Below, in pieces: positions 11,553 to 21,094 of a DNA stretch of 64,000 nt. This DNA is from an uncultured Alphaproteobacteria bacterium (lineage in GTDB: Bacteria > Pseudomonadota > Alphaproteobacteria > ATCC43930 > CGMCC-115725), in the NCBI GenBank assembly GCA_963733525.1, contig CAVTDT010000011.1, forward strand, positions 1,578 to 65,577, given 5' to 3'. The first letter of the stretch is position 1. Every line of letters begins with the position of its first letter. The notes below the pieces were generated by a model that worked only from the letters and a program-made list of their open reading frames with translations, was not told the origin of the DNA and searched no databases. The translations under genes and the position numbers were made by a program.

Positions 11553-12936
11553 TGACCGCGCACCATCAAGACCATCAGCCCGATCGACGGCAGCCTCTAC
11601 GTCGAGCGGCCCTCGCCAGCGCGAGCGAGATCGCGCCGCGGTGGCGCGCGCACGCTCGCCCAGCGCGACTGGGCGCGCTCGGCGTCGCGGAGCGCGCCCG
11701 GCAGATCACGGGCTCGTCGACGCCTTCGTCGCCCGCAAGGCCGAGATCGCCGCGAGATCACCCGGCAGATGGGCCGGCCGATCCGCTATACCCCGAGCGA
11801 GGTGGGCGGCTTCGAGGAGCGCGCCCGCTACATGATCGAGGTCGCGCCGCAGGCGCTGGCCGACATCGACGTCGGACGCCAAGCCGGGCTTCCCCCGCTT
11901 CATCCGCCGCGAGCCGTTGGGCGTGGTGCTGGTGGTGGCGCCCTGGAACTATCCGCTTCTGACGGCGGTCAACGCCGTGGTGCCGGCGCTGATGGCGGGC
12001 AACGCGGTGATCCTCAAGCATTCGCCCCAGACGCCGCTCTGCGCCGAGCGCTTCGCCGAGGCCGTGGAGGGCGCGGGCCTGCCCGCGGGCCTGTTCCAGT
12101 TCCTGCATCTGACCCACGACGCGACGGCGCAGCTGATCGAGAGCCCGACGTCGACTACGTCGCCTTCACCGGCTCGGTGCCCGGCGGCCATGCGGTGGAG
12201 CGGGCGGCGGCCGAACGCTTCATCGGCGTCGGGCTCGAGCTCGGCGGCAACGATCCCGCCTATGTCCGCGCCGATGCCAATCTCGACCACGCCATCGAGA
12301 ATCTGGTGGACGGCGCCTTCTTCAATTCCGGCCAATCCTGCTGCGGCATCGAGCGCATCTATGTCCAGCAAGAGTCTACAAGCGCTTCGTCGACGGCGCC
12401 GTCGCGCTGACCGGAAATACAAGCTCGGCGAACCCGCTGAAGCCGAGACGACCCTGGGCCCGGTGGTGCGGGCAAGCGCCGCCGATTTCGTCCGCGGCCA
12501 GATCAAGGAGGCCATCAGGCAGGGCGCGCGCGCCCTCCTCGACGCCAAGGAGTTTCCGGCGAACCGCGCCGGCACGCCCTATCTCGCGCCGCAGATGCTG
12601 GTGGACGTCAACCACGCGATGCGCGTGATGACCGAGGAAAGCTTCGGTCCGGTCGTCGGCATCATGACGGTCGGCTCCGACGAGGAGGCGATCCGGCTCA
12701 TGAACGACAGTCCCTACGGGCTCACCGCCGCCATCTGGACCGGCGATCCCGAGGCCGCGATCCGCATCGGCGATCGGATCGAGACCGGCACCTGGTTCAT
12801 GAACCGCTGCGACTACCTCGACCCGGCGCTGGCCTGGATCGGCGTCAAGGACTCCGGCCGCGGCGTCTCGCTCTCGGTGCTGGGCTACGAGCACCTGACG
12901 CGGCCGAAATCGTTTCACCTGCGTCTTCAGACCTGA
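11552..12936 (+). pseudogene. Aldehyde dehydrogenase, right copy, heavily degraded (at least 6 frame changes)
   Basis: Homologous segments alternate between the frames of ORFs 11168, 11769 and 11917. Switches lie near 11561, 11600-11760, 11877, 12140, 12373 and 12413. Net length is 7 nt shorter than the left copy. Confidence 0.9.
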
Positions 12937-12947
12937 AAGTTCTCAGC

Positions 12948-14108
12948 ATGCTCCAAGGCAATTGGAACTACCCGACAGCGGTGAAGTTCGGCGCCGGCCG
13001 CATCCGCGAGCTGCCCGACATCCTCAAGAGCGCCGGCATCAAGCGGCCGCTGCTGGTGACCGATCCCGGCCTGGCGAAGCTCCCGATGGTGGCGAGCGCG
13101 GTCAGTGCCAATGAGGCGGCGGGGCTGCCGACCGCGATCTTCAGCGGCATCAAGCCCAATCCGGTCGAGAAGAATATCGAGGACGGGCTCAAGGCATATC
13201 GCGACGGCAAGCACGACGGGGTCATCGCGTTTGGCGGCGGCAGCGCGCTCGATGCCGGCAAGGTGATCGCGTTCATGTCCGGCCAGAAGCGCCACATGTG
13301 GGACTTCGAGGATGTCGGCGACAACTGGACCCGTGCGGATCCGGCGGGCATCGCGCCCACCGTCGCGGTGCCGACCACGTCGGGCACCGGCTCCGAGGTC
13401 GGCCGCGTCTCGGTGGTGGGCGACGAGGTCAGCCGCAAGAAGCGCCTGATCTTCCATCCCCGGATCATGCCGGTGACCGTGATCGAGGATCCCGAGCTTA
13501 CGGTGGGATTGCCGCCGCACATCACCGCCGCCACGGGCATGGATGCGCTGGCGCACGCCTTCGAGGCCTATTGCGTCCCCGGCTATCATCCGATCGCCGA
13601 CGGCGTCGCGCTCGAGGGCATGCGGCTCATCAGGGAATGGCTGCCGGCCGCGACCCGCGACGGCAAGAACATCGACGCGCGCGGCCATATGATGGCGGCG
13701 GCGACCATGGGCGCGACCGCGTTCCAGAAGGGCCTCGGCGCCATCCATTCGCTCTCGCATCCCGTCGGCGCGCACTACGACCTGCATCACGGACTGCTGA
13801 ACGCCGTCTTCATGCCCTACGTGATGGTGTTCAACCGCCCCGCCATCGCCGAGAAGATGACCCATCTCGGGCGCTTCCTCGGCCTTGCGAAGCCGAACTT
13901 CGACGGCGTGCTCGATTGGGTGCTGGAGATCAGACGCGTGCTCGGCATCCCCAATACCCTCGCCGAGCTTAGGGTCGATGACAGCAAGCTCGATACGCTC
14001 GTCGCCGACTCCGTGGTCGATCCGACGGCGCCCACCAACCCGGTGCCCCTCGACGCCGCCTCCGTGCGCAAGCTCTACCAACAGGCGCTGGAAGGCCGAC
14101 TCGGCTGA
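12948..14108 (+). CDS. Iron-containing alcohol dehydrogenase, right copy, intact
   Basis: 386-aa ORF, colinear with 8108..9268. Confidence 0.9.
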   Translation: MLQGNWNYPTAVKFGAGRIRELPDILKSAGIKRPLLVTDPGLAKLPMVASAVSANEAAGLPTAIFSGIKPNPVEKNIEDGLKAYRDGKHDGVIAFGGGSALDAGKVIAFMSGQKRHMWDFEDVGDNWTRADPAGIAPTVAVPTTSGTGSEVGRVSVVGDEVSRKKRLIFHPRIMPVTVIEDPELTVGLPPHITAATGMDALAHAFEAYCVPGYHPIADGVALEGMRLIREWLPAATRDGKNIDARGHMMAAATMGATAFQKGLGAIHSLSHPVGAHYDLHHGLLNAVFMPYVMVFNRPAIAEKMTHLGRFLGLAKPNFDGVLDWVLEIRRVLGIPNTLAELRVDDSKLDTLVADSVVDPTAPTNPVPLDAASVRKLYQQALEGRLG

Positions 14109-14212
14109 ACGCCATCGCGTGCGGCGCCGGCCTCGTTGCGTTGGGGCCGCGACCCGTGCGATGAGAGTGCCGCGCGGGATTCGGTCTCCGCGCGGGCAAC
14201 GGAGTTCGAGGA

Positions 14213-15205
14213 GTGCGCAACGGTTCGAGTAAGGCGCTTCGGCGCCTCGGCGTGAGTTTGCTGCTGCTGTTCTCGGCGCTCGTTATGGCGACGCCGGCAT
14301 CCGCTGCCGACAAGGATTTCAAGTCCTGGCTGGCGGGCGTCCGCCAGGAAGCGATCGCGCAAGGGTTGCGGCCGCAATCGGTCGACCGCGCGCTCAGGGA
14401 CGTGCATCCCATCGATCGCGTGCTGGAGCTCGACCAGCGTCAGCCGGAGTCGACGCTTACCTTCGATCAGTACATCGAGCGCGTCGTGTCGCAAGGACGG
14501 ATCAAGAATGGGCGCGACCGCCTGGCGGAAAACCGTCCGCTTCTCGACGAGATCGGACGCCGCTACGGCGTGCAGCCCCGCTACATCGTGGCGCTCTGGG
14601 GTATCGAGACGGATTTCGGCCGCGTCACCGGAGATTTTCCCATCATCTCCGCGCTGGCGACGCTGGCCTATGACGGACGGCGCAGCGCGTTCTTCCGCCG
14701 CGAGCTGATCGCCGCCATCAAGATCGTCGACCAGGGCTACATCAAGCCCGAGGAGATGACTGGCTCCTGGGCCGGCGCGATGGGGCAAAGCCAGTTCATG
14801 CCGTCGAGCTATCTGCAGTACGCCGTCAGCTACAGCAACGATGGCCGGCGCGACATCTGGCACCGCCGCGAGGACGTCTTCGCCTCGATCGCCAATTATC
14901 TGGCGCGCCTCGGCTGGCACGGCGACGAGGCCTGGGGACGGCGCGTCCAGCTGCCGAAGAATTTCGACGCCAGCCTCGCCGGCAAGGACATCCGCAAGCC
15001 GATCGCCGAATGGCAGCGGCTGGGCGTGCGGCAGATCGGCGGCGGCGACCTGCCGCCGGCGGCGCGCGACGCTTCCGTGATCCTGCCTTCCGGAACCGAT
15101 GGTCCGGCTTTACTCATCTATGACAATTTCCGTGCGATCCTGCGCTGGAACAACTCCAGCTATTTCGCCGCCGCGGTGGGCTATCTTGCCGACGCCCTGG
15201 AATGA
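14213..15205 (+). CDS. Lytic murein transglycosylase (MltB/SLT_2-like), right copy, intact
   Basis: 330-aa ORF. Confidence 0.85.
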   Translation: MRNGSSKALRRLGVSLLLLFSALVMATPASAADKDFKSWLAGVRQEAIAQGLRPQSVDRALRDVHPIDRVLELDQRQPESTLTFDQYIERVVSQGRIKNGRDRLAENRPLLDEIGRRYGVQPRYIVALWGIETDFGRVTGDFPIISALATLAYDGRRSAFFRRELIAAIKIVDQGYIKPEEMTGSWAGAMGQSQFMPSSYLQYAVSYSNDGRRDIWHRREDVFASIANYLARLGWHGDEAWGRRVQLPKNFDASLAGKDIRKPIAEWQRLGVRQIGGGDLPPAARDASVILPSGTDGPALLIYDNFRAILRWNNSSYFAAAVGYLADALE

Positions 15206-15256
15206 CGGTAAGGTTTCACCACTAATAGGCGCCGGCGAACCGGGAACTACAAGATC

Positions 15257-16216
15257 GTGACGCTCTTTTTTCGATTCCGCGTGACCGTCGCTGTGGCGGC
15301 GGCGTCGCTCTTGGCGGCCTGCTCGTTCTTCGGTGGCGAGAAAGAGCCGATCTCCACCGGCGCCGCGCCGGGCCTCGGGCTCGGCATCTACAAAGTCGGC
15401 AAGCCCTATCAGGTCGACGGCGTCTGGTACTACCCGCACACCGATCTCAGCTACGACGAGACCGGCATCGCCTCGTGGTACGGCGAGGATTTCCACGGCA
15501 AGTATACCGCCAACGGCGAGGTGTTCGATCTGAACGGCCTCACCGCCGCGCATCACACGCTGCCGCTGCCCAGCATCGTCGAGGTGACCAATCTCGAGAA
15601 CGGCCGCTCGATCGAGCTGCGCGTCAACGACCGCGGTCCCTTCGCGCGCGGCCGCATCATCGATGTCTCCCGCCGCGCGGCACAGCTGCTGGGATTCGAG
15701 CGCCAGGGCACCGCCAAGGTGCATGTCCGCGTGCTCACCGCCGAGACGCTGCAGGCGCAGGCGATCGCGCGCCACAACGGCGAGGAGACGCCGGGACCGG
15801 TGGAGCTGGTGCAGGCGGCGCCGCGCACTCCCGTCGATGCCCAGAACCTGAAGCCGCTGGCCGGCAGCCGGGCGGCGCCGGATCAGGGCAGCCCGCCGCT
15901 GCAGGTCGCCGCCGCGCCGCCCATGCCGGCGCAGATCGCCGATCCGCCGCTGACGGAGAAGGTCACGATCGGCACCGCCAAGCCCAACGCCCAGATCTAC
16001 ATCCAGGCCGGCGCCTTCGCGCAATCGGATAACGCCCGGCGCGTGAAGCAGCGTATCGACGCGCTCGGCGCCGTGCAGATCACCAGCGTGCGGGTCAACG
16101 GCGCCAGCCTCTACCGCGTGCGGCTCGGGCCAGTGATGAACGTGGAGGAGGCGGACCGCCTCCTCGCCAAGGTGCTGGCGACCGGCTTCAGCGACGCCCG
16201 GATCGTCGTCGACTGA
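15257..16216 (+). CDS. rlpA: RlpA-like septal-ring lytic transglycosylase lipoprotein (DPBB + SPOR), right copy, intact
   Basis: 319-aa ORF with lipobox LLAAC, a DPBB core (WYG..FHGK.TANGE) and a C-terminal SPOR-like domain. Confidence 0.85.
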   Translation: MTLFFRFRVTVAVAAASLLAACSFFGGEKEPISTGAAPGLGLGIYKVGKPYQVDGVWYYPHTDLSYDETGIASWYGEDFHGKYTANGEVFDLNGLTAAHHTLPLPSIVEVTNLENGRSIELRVNDRGPFARGRIIDVSRRAAQLLGFERQGTAKVHVRVLTAETLQAQAIARHNGEETPGPVELVQAAPRTPVDAQNLKPLAGSRAAPDQGSPPLQVAAAPPMPAQIADPPLTEKVTIGTAKPNAQIYIQAGAFAQSDNARRVKQRIDALGAVQITSVRVNGASLYRVRLGPVMNVEEADRLLAKVLATGFSDARIVVD

Positions 16217-16286
16217 CCGGAGTCGCGCACTTGCAGACGATGGTAGTCCCGCCGTTAGCCATCCCTGCGCTATACTGGCCAATCGG

Positions 16287-17501
16287 GTGAGTTCAATGGC
16301 GCCGGCCTGGCGCCGCCGCCGTCGCATCGGCGGATATGGGAGGGCGAGTGTGATGATCTCTGCATACCGGATGGTTTTCGCGCTGATCGCGGCGGTGGCG
16401 CTGCTGCTGCCGACAATCTCCGTGCGGGCCGCGACGGGCATCGATACCCAGGCGCGCAACGCCCTCATCCTGGATTACGACACCGGCGCGGTCATGCTCG
16501 ACAAGGGCTCCGACGAGCGGATGGCGCCCGCCTCGATGAGCAAGATCATGACGGCCTATCTGGTCTACGACGCGCTCAAGAAGGGCAAGCTTTCCCTCGA
16601 GGACATGCTGCCGGTGAGCGAGAAGGCCTGGCGGACCCAGGGCTCGAAGATGTTCGTGCCCTTGGGCGGCCGCGTGAAGGTCGAGGATCTCATCCGCGGC
16701 ATGATCGTGCAGTCCGGCAATGACGCCTGCATCGTGCTGGCGGAAGGCATCGCCGGCAGCGAGGCCGCCTTCGTCGATATGATGAACGAGAAGGCGAAGG
16801 AGCTCGGCCTCAAGAACAGCCATTTCGCCAACGTCGATGGCCTGCCCGATCCCAACGAGTACATGACGGTGCGGGATCTGGCGACCCTGGCGCGCCATCT
16901 CATTACCGACTTCCCGGAGTACTACCACTACGATTCCGAGAAGGATTTCACCTACAACGGCATCAAGCAGGGCAACCGCAATCCGCTGCTCTACAAGGAT
17001 CTCGGCGTCGACGGCATGAAGACCGGCCACACCGAGGAAGCGGGATACTGCCTGACCGCCTCGGCGATCCGCGACGGGCGGCGCATCATCATGGTGCTGG
17101 CGGGCCTGCCGACGATGAAATCCCGCGGCACCGAGGGCGAGCGGCTGCTCGAATGGGCATTCCGCGAGTTCAACGACTACAAGCTGGTAAAGGCGGGCGA
17201 GACGCTGGATCAGGCCGATGTCTGGCTCGGCCAGGAGGCGAAGGTGCCGGTGACGGCGCAGCAGGACGTGGTGGTGACGCTGCCAAAGGCATCACGGCGC
17301 AGCATGAAGGCGACCGTGCACTATGACGGCCCGGTCCACGCTCCGGTCACCAAGGGCGAGCCGGTCGGCAAGCTCACGATCACCGCCGACGGCGTCGACC
17401 CGGTGACGGTGCCGCTTGTGGCCGCGCAGCCGGTGGACAAGCTCGGGCCCATGGGCCGCATCGCGGTGGCGGCCGGCTACCTCGTCTGGGGCCGCCGCTG
17501 A
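16287..17501 (+). CDS. D-alanyl-D-alanine carboxypeptidase (PBP5/6 family), right copy, intact; the likely true start is MISAYR at 16353
   Basis: 404-aa ORF containing SMSKIMT, SGND, KTGHT and the PBP5 C-terminal domain. Confidence 0.85.
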   Translation: MSSMAPAWRRRRRIGGYGRASVMISAYRMVFALIAAVALLLPTISVRAATGIDTQARNALILDYDTGAVMLDKGSDERMAPASMSKIMTAYLVYDALKKGKLSLEDMLPVSEKAWRTQGSKMFVPLGGRVKVEDLIRGMIVQSGNDACIVLAEGIAGSEAAFVDMMNEKAKELGLKNSHFANVDGLPDPNEYMTVRDLATLARHLITDFPEYYHYDSEKDFTYNGIKQGNRNPLLYKDLGVDGMKTGHTEEAGYCLTASAIRDGRRIIMVLAGLPTMKSRGTEGERLLEWAFREFNDYKLVKAGETLDQADVWLGQEAKVPVTAQQDVVVTLPKASRRSMKATVHYDGPVHAPVTKGEPVGKLTITADGVDPVTVPLVAAQPVDKLGPMGRIAVAAGYLVWGRR

Positions 17502-18133
17502 CGCGCGGGCGCTTCATCACGCTCGAGGGCGGCGAGGGCGCCGGCAAATCAACTCAGGCAGGCTTGCTGGTCGACGGTCTGCGCAAGGCCGGCCTCCGGT
17601 CGATCCGCACCCGGGAGCCGGGCGGCGCGCCGGGCGCGGAGGAGATCCGCAAGCTTCTGGTGGAGGGCTTGCCGCAGCGCTGGGACGCCGAGGCGGAGGC
17701 GCTGCTGATGGTGGCGGCACGCCGCGTCCACCTCGTGGAGACCATCTGGCCGGCGCTGGAGCGCGGCGAGTGGGTGGTCTCCGACCGCTTCGCGGATTCC
17801 ACCATCGCCTATCAGGGCTACGGCCGCGGCCTGCCCCAGGACGCGCTCAAGGCGCTGCATCGCCTGATCGCCGGAGACTTCAAGCCGGATCTGAGCTTTA
17901 TCCTCGATCTGCCTGTCGAGAGCCGGACTTTCCCGGGCCGCCAGCCGGCCCGGCGCCGAGACCCGCTTCGAGCGCATGGACCCGGAGTTCCACCGCCGCC
18001 TGCGCCAGGGCTTCCTGGAGATCGCCCAGTCCGAGCCGCAGCGCTGCGTCGTCATCGACGCGACCGGCGACGTGGCCGCGGTGCAGGCTGCAATTCGAGC
18101 CGCGGTCCACGCGCGCTTCGGGGTCGCGCTCTG
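17498..18133 (+). pseudogene. tmk: Thymidylate kinase, right copy, with a 1-bp insertion near 17921 (mid-gene)
   Basis: ORF 17564..18244 matches Tmk up to ILDLPVE and then becomes Arg/Pro-rich nonsense. Removing one base restores ...RFERMDPEFH...HARFGVAL followed by a stop at 18131-18133. Confidence 0.7.
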
Positions 18134-18173
18134 AGCCTTCAGGCGGCACACTGGCGCAAGCGTTCGGAGACAT

Positions 18174-18265
18174 CGGTAACAGATCCTCGATCTCATGCCG
18201 GGCTTTCCCGATCCACGAAGTCGTCGCCAAGACGTGGATCATGACGAGAGGAGGGACTGTTACCG
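18174..18265. repeat. Nested imperfect palindrome in the tmk-holB spacer, present only on the right arm
   Basis: CGGTAACAG (18174-18182) pairs with CTGTTACCG (18257-18265). An inner pair is GATCCACG (18211-18218) with CGTGGATC (18233-18240). The left arm has only ~22 nt at this position. Confidence 0.6.
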
Positions 18266-18295
18266 CTCCGCTGGTCAGATAGGACTTCAAGAAGC

Positions 18296-19417
18296 ATGGC
18301 GGAAGACGACGAGTTCGACAGCGCGGACGAGGACAGCGGCGACGACTCCGAGGTCGCGGTTCCGGCGCCCCGCGAGCAGACCGCGCTCATCGGCCACGAG
18401 GCCGCCGAAGGGACGCTGCTGCAGGCCTTCCAGGCGAACCGGCTGCCCCAGGGGCTGCTGATCACCGGCCCGCACGGCATCGGCAAGGCGACGCTCGCCT
18501 TTCGCTTCGCGCGCTTCCTGCTGACCCAGGCGGCGGAGCAGGGGACGGGCGGGCTCTTCGCGCCGGCGATGCCGACCTCGCTCGCGGTCGCGCCGGAGCA
18601 TCCGGTGTTCCGACGGGTGGCGAGCGCCGGCCACGCCGACCTCCTCACCATCGAGCGCGGCATCGATCCCAAGCGCAAGCGCGCTCGCACTGAGATCGTG
18701 GTCGAGGATATCAGGGCCATCGGCGCCTTCCTGCGCCTGACGCCCGCCGAAGGCGGCTGGCGCATCGTCGTCATCGATACCGCCGACGAGATGAACCGCA
18801 ACGCCGCCAATGCGCTCCTGAAGATCCTGGAGGAGCCGCCGGCGCGGGCGATCCTGATCCTGGTCAGCGACAATCCCGGCCGGCTGCTGCCGACCATCCG
18901 CTCGCGCTGCCGGCGCCTGGCGCTCCGGCCGCTGCCGGAGGCGACGGTCGCCGATCTCGTCGCCCGCTATCGCCCGGATCTCTCGCAGCGGGATCGCGAT
19001 GCCCTTACCGATCTCGCCGAGGGCAGCATCGGCCATGCGCTCGAGCTGGCGGAGGAGGGTGGCGTGGCGCTCCACCGCAAGCTGGTGGGGCTTCTGGGCG
19101 CGCTCCCCGAGCTCGATGGCGTGGCGCTCCACGCGTTTGCCGACAAGGTCGCGCGCTGGGGCAACGACGATGGTTACCGGGTCTTTACCGAGCTGATGCC
19201 GGCGACGCTCGCCCGCGCCATCGCGGCGGCGGCGGCCGGAACGCGGCCGGGCGCCGAGGCGCCGCTCGTCACGCTGCTGAGCCGCCGCGGTCTTGATCGC
19301 TGGGTGGAGGTATGGGACAAGATCACCCACCTCTTTGCCCAGGCGGATGCCGTCAATCTCGACCGCAAGCAGGTCGTGTTGAACGCCTTTTTCGCGCTCG
19401 AAGAGGCCGCGCGCTGA
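18296..19417 (+). CDS. holB: DNA polymerase III delta-prime subunit, right copy, intact
   Basis: 373-aa ORF with LLITGPHGIGKATLAFRFARFLL, an AAA+ clamp-loader fold signature, and SRC in TIRSRCRRL. Confidence 0.85.
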   Translation: MAEDDEFDSADEDSGDDSEVAVPAPREQTALIGHEAAEGTLLQAFQANRLPQGLLITGPHGIGKATLAFRFARFLLTQAAEQGTGGLFAPAMPTSLAVAPEHPVFRRVASAGHADLLTIERGIDPKRKRARTEIVVEDIRAIGAFLRLTPAEGGWRIVVIDTADEMNRNAANALLKILEEPPARAILILVSDNPGRLLPTIRSRCRRLALRPLPEATVADLVARYRPDLSQRDRDALTDLAEGSIGHALELAEEGGVALHRKLVGLLGALPELDGVALHAFADKVARWGNDDGYRVFTELMPATLARAIAAAAAGTRPGAEAPLVTLLSRRGLDRWVEVWDKITHLFAQADAVNLDRKQVVLNAFFALEEAAR

Positions 19418-19448
19418 CCGAGCGCGCGGGCGTGCAGCAGGAGCCCCG

Positions 19449-21005
19449 ATGACCGGCGAGCCCTACTACGTCACCACGCCGATCTACTACGTGAACGACG
19501 CGCCGCATATCGGCCACGCCTACACGACGGTGGCCTGCGACGTGCTGGCGCGCTTCATGCGGCTCGACGGGCGGCGGGTCAAGTTCCTGACCGGCACCGA
19601 CGAGCACGGCCAGAAGGTCGACAAATCCGCGCGCGCCGCGGGCGTCGATCCGCAGGCGTTCTGCGATCGCGTCTCGCAGAATTTCCGCGAGATGTCGGAG
19701 CTCATGAACATCAGCAACGACGATTTCATCCGCACCACCGAGCCGCGGCACATCGAGGCCTCGCAGGCGATCTGGCGCGCCATCGCCGCCAACAAGTCGC
19801 CGAAGGGCAACGACAACATCTATCTCGGCAAGTACGCCGGCTGGTACGCGGTGCGCGACGAGGCCTTCTACGGCGAGGAGGAGCTCACCACCGGCCCCGA
19901 CGGCAAGAAGCGCGCACCCTCCGGCGCCGAGGTCGAGTGGGTGGAGGAGCCCAGCTATTTCTTCCGGCTCTCGGACTGGCAGGACTGGCTCCTCGACTTG
20001 TACGAGCGCAATCCCGACTTCATCGCGCCCCAGGCGCGGCGCAACGAGGTCATGAGCTTCGTCAGGAGCGGCTTGCGCGATCTCTCGATCTCGCGCACCA
20101 GCTTCACCTGGGGCGTGCCGGTGCCGGACGATCCCAAGCACGTCATGTATGTCTGGCTCGACGCGCTCACCAACTACATCACCGCGGTCGGATATCCGGA
20201 TACGGCGAGCGCGGAGTACAAGACCTTCTGGCCCGCCGACCTGCACATGGTCGGCAAGGACATCGTGCGCTTCCACGCCGTCTACTGGCCGGCCTTCCTG
20301 GCGGCGGCGGAGCTGGCGCCGCCCAAGCGCGTCTTCGCCCATGGCTGGTGGACCGTCGAGGGCCAGAAGATGTCGAAGTCGCTCGGCAACTTCATACCGC
20401 CGCAGAAGCTGGTCGAGGAATACGGCGTCGATGCCGTGCGCTATTTCATGCTGCGCGAGCTGCCGTTCGGCAGCGACGGCGATTTCTCCCGCCGCGCGGT
20501 GGTGAACCGCATCAACGGCGACCTCGCCAATGGCCTCGGCAATCTGGCGCAGCGGGTGCTGAGCTTCATCAACAAGAATGCCGGCGCGGAAGTGCCTGAA
20601 GCCGGCGAGTTCACCGCCGCCGACACGGCGATGCTGGACGCGGCGCGCGGACTGCTCGGGCGGCTGCGCGGCGACTACGCGGAGCAGGCCTTCCATCGGG
20701 CCCTCGAGACCCAGTGGGCGGTCGTGGCGGATGCCGACCGCTATGTGGACGACCACGCGCCCTGGACGCTGCGCAAGACCGATCCCGCGCGCATGGAGAC
20801 CGTGCTCTACGTGCTGGCCGAGGTGATCCGGCATCTCGCGATCCTGGCGCAGCCGGTGGTGCCGGCGGCGACCGCGAAGCTGCTGGATCAGCTCGCGGTG
20901 CCCGCCGATGCCCGCAGCTTCGCCGCGCTCGCGACGCCATTGGTGCCCGGAACGAAGCTGCCGAAACCCGAAGGCGTCTTCCCGCGCTTCGTGGAGGCGG
21001 AATGA
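19449..21005 (+). CDS. metG: Methionine--tRNA ligase, right copy, intact
   Basis: 518-aa ORF with the HIGH motif (APHIGHAYT) and KMSKS. Confidence 0.92.
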   Translation: MTGEPYYVTTPIYYVNDAPHIGHAYTTVACDVLARFMRLDGRRVKFLTGTDEHGQKVDKSARAAGVDPQAFCDRVSQNFREMSELMNISNDDFIRTTEPRHIEASQAIWRAIAANKSPKGNDNIYLGKYAGWYAVRDEAFYGEEELTTGPDGKKRAPSGAEVEWVEEPSYFFRLSDWQDWLLDLYERNPDFIAPQARRNEVMSFVRSGLRDLSISRTSFTWGVPVPDDPKHVMYVWLDALTNYITAVGYPDTASAEYKTFWPADLHMVGKDIVRFHAVYWPAFLAAAELAPPKRVFAHGWWTVEGQKMSKSLGNFIPPQKLVEEYGVDAVRYFMLRELPFGSDGDFSRRAVVNRINGDLANGLGNLAQRVLSFINKNAGAEVPEAGEFTAADTAMLDAARGLLGRLRGDYAEQAFHRALETQWAVVADADRYVDDHAPWTLRKTDPARMETVLYVLAEVIRHLAILAQPVVPAATAKLLDQLAVPADARSFAALATPLVPGTKLPKPEGVFPRFVEAE

Positions 21006-21015
21006 TTTGTCGTTG

Positions 21016-21055
21016 CGCGGTCGGCGAGGGTTGGTGTGGCGGCTCGCCGACCGCG
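21016..21055 (+). terminator. 13-bp perfect-stem hairpin downstream of metG, within an ~88-bp segment absent from the left arm; possibly a terminator or a REP-like element
   Basis: CGCGGTCGGCGAG (21016-21028), a 14-nt loop, then CTCGCCGACCGCG (21043-21055). There is outer imperfect pairing of ATTTGT..GTTG with CAACAAAT, and the element is followed by AAATTT. Confidence 0.4.
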
Positions 21056-21094
21056 GGCCAACAAATTTCGGCTTGTCGCCCGCGGACATAGTCC

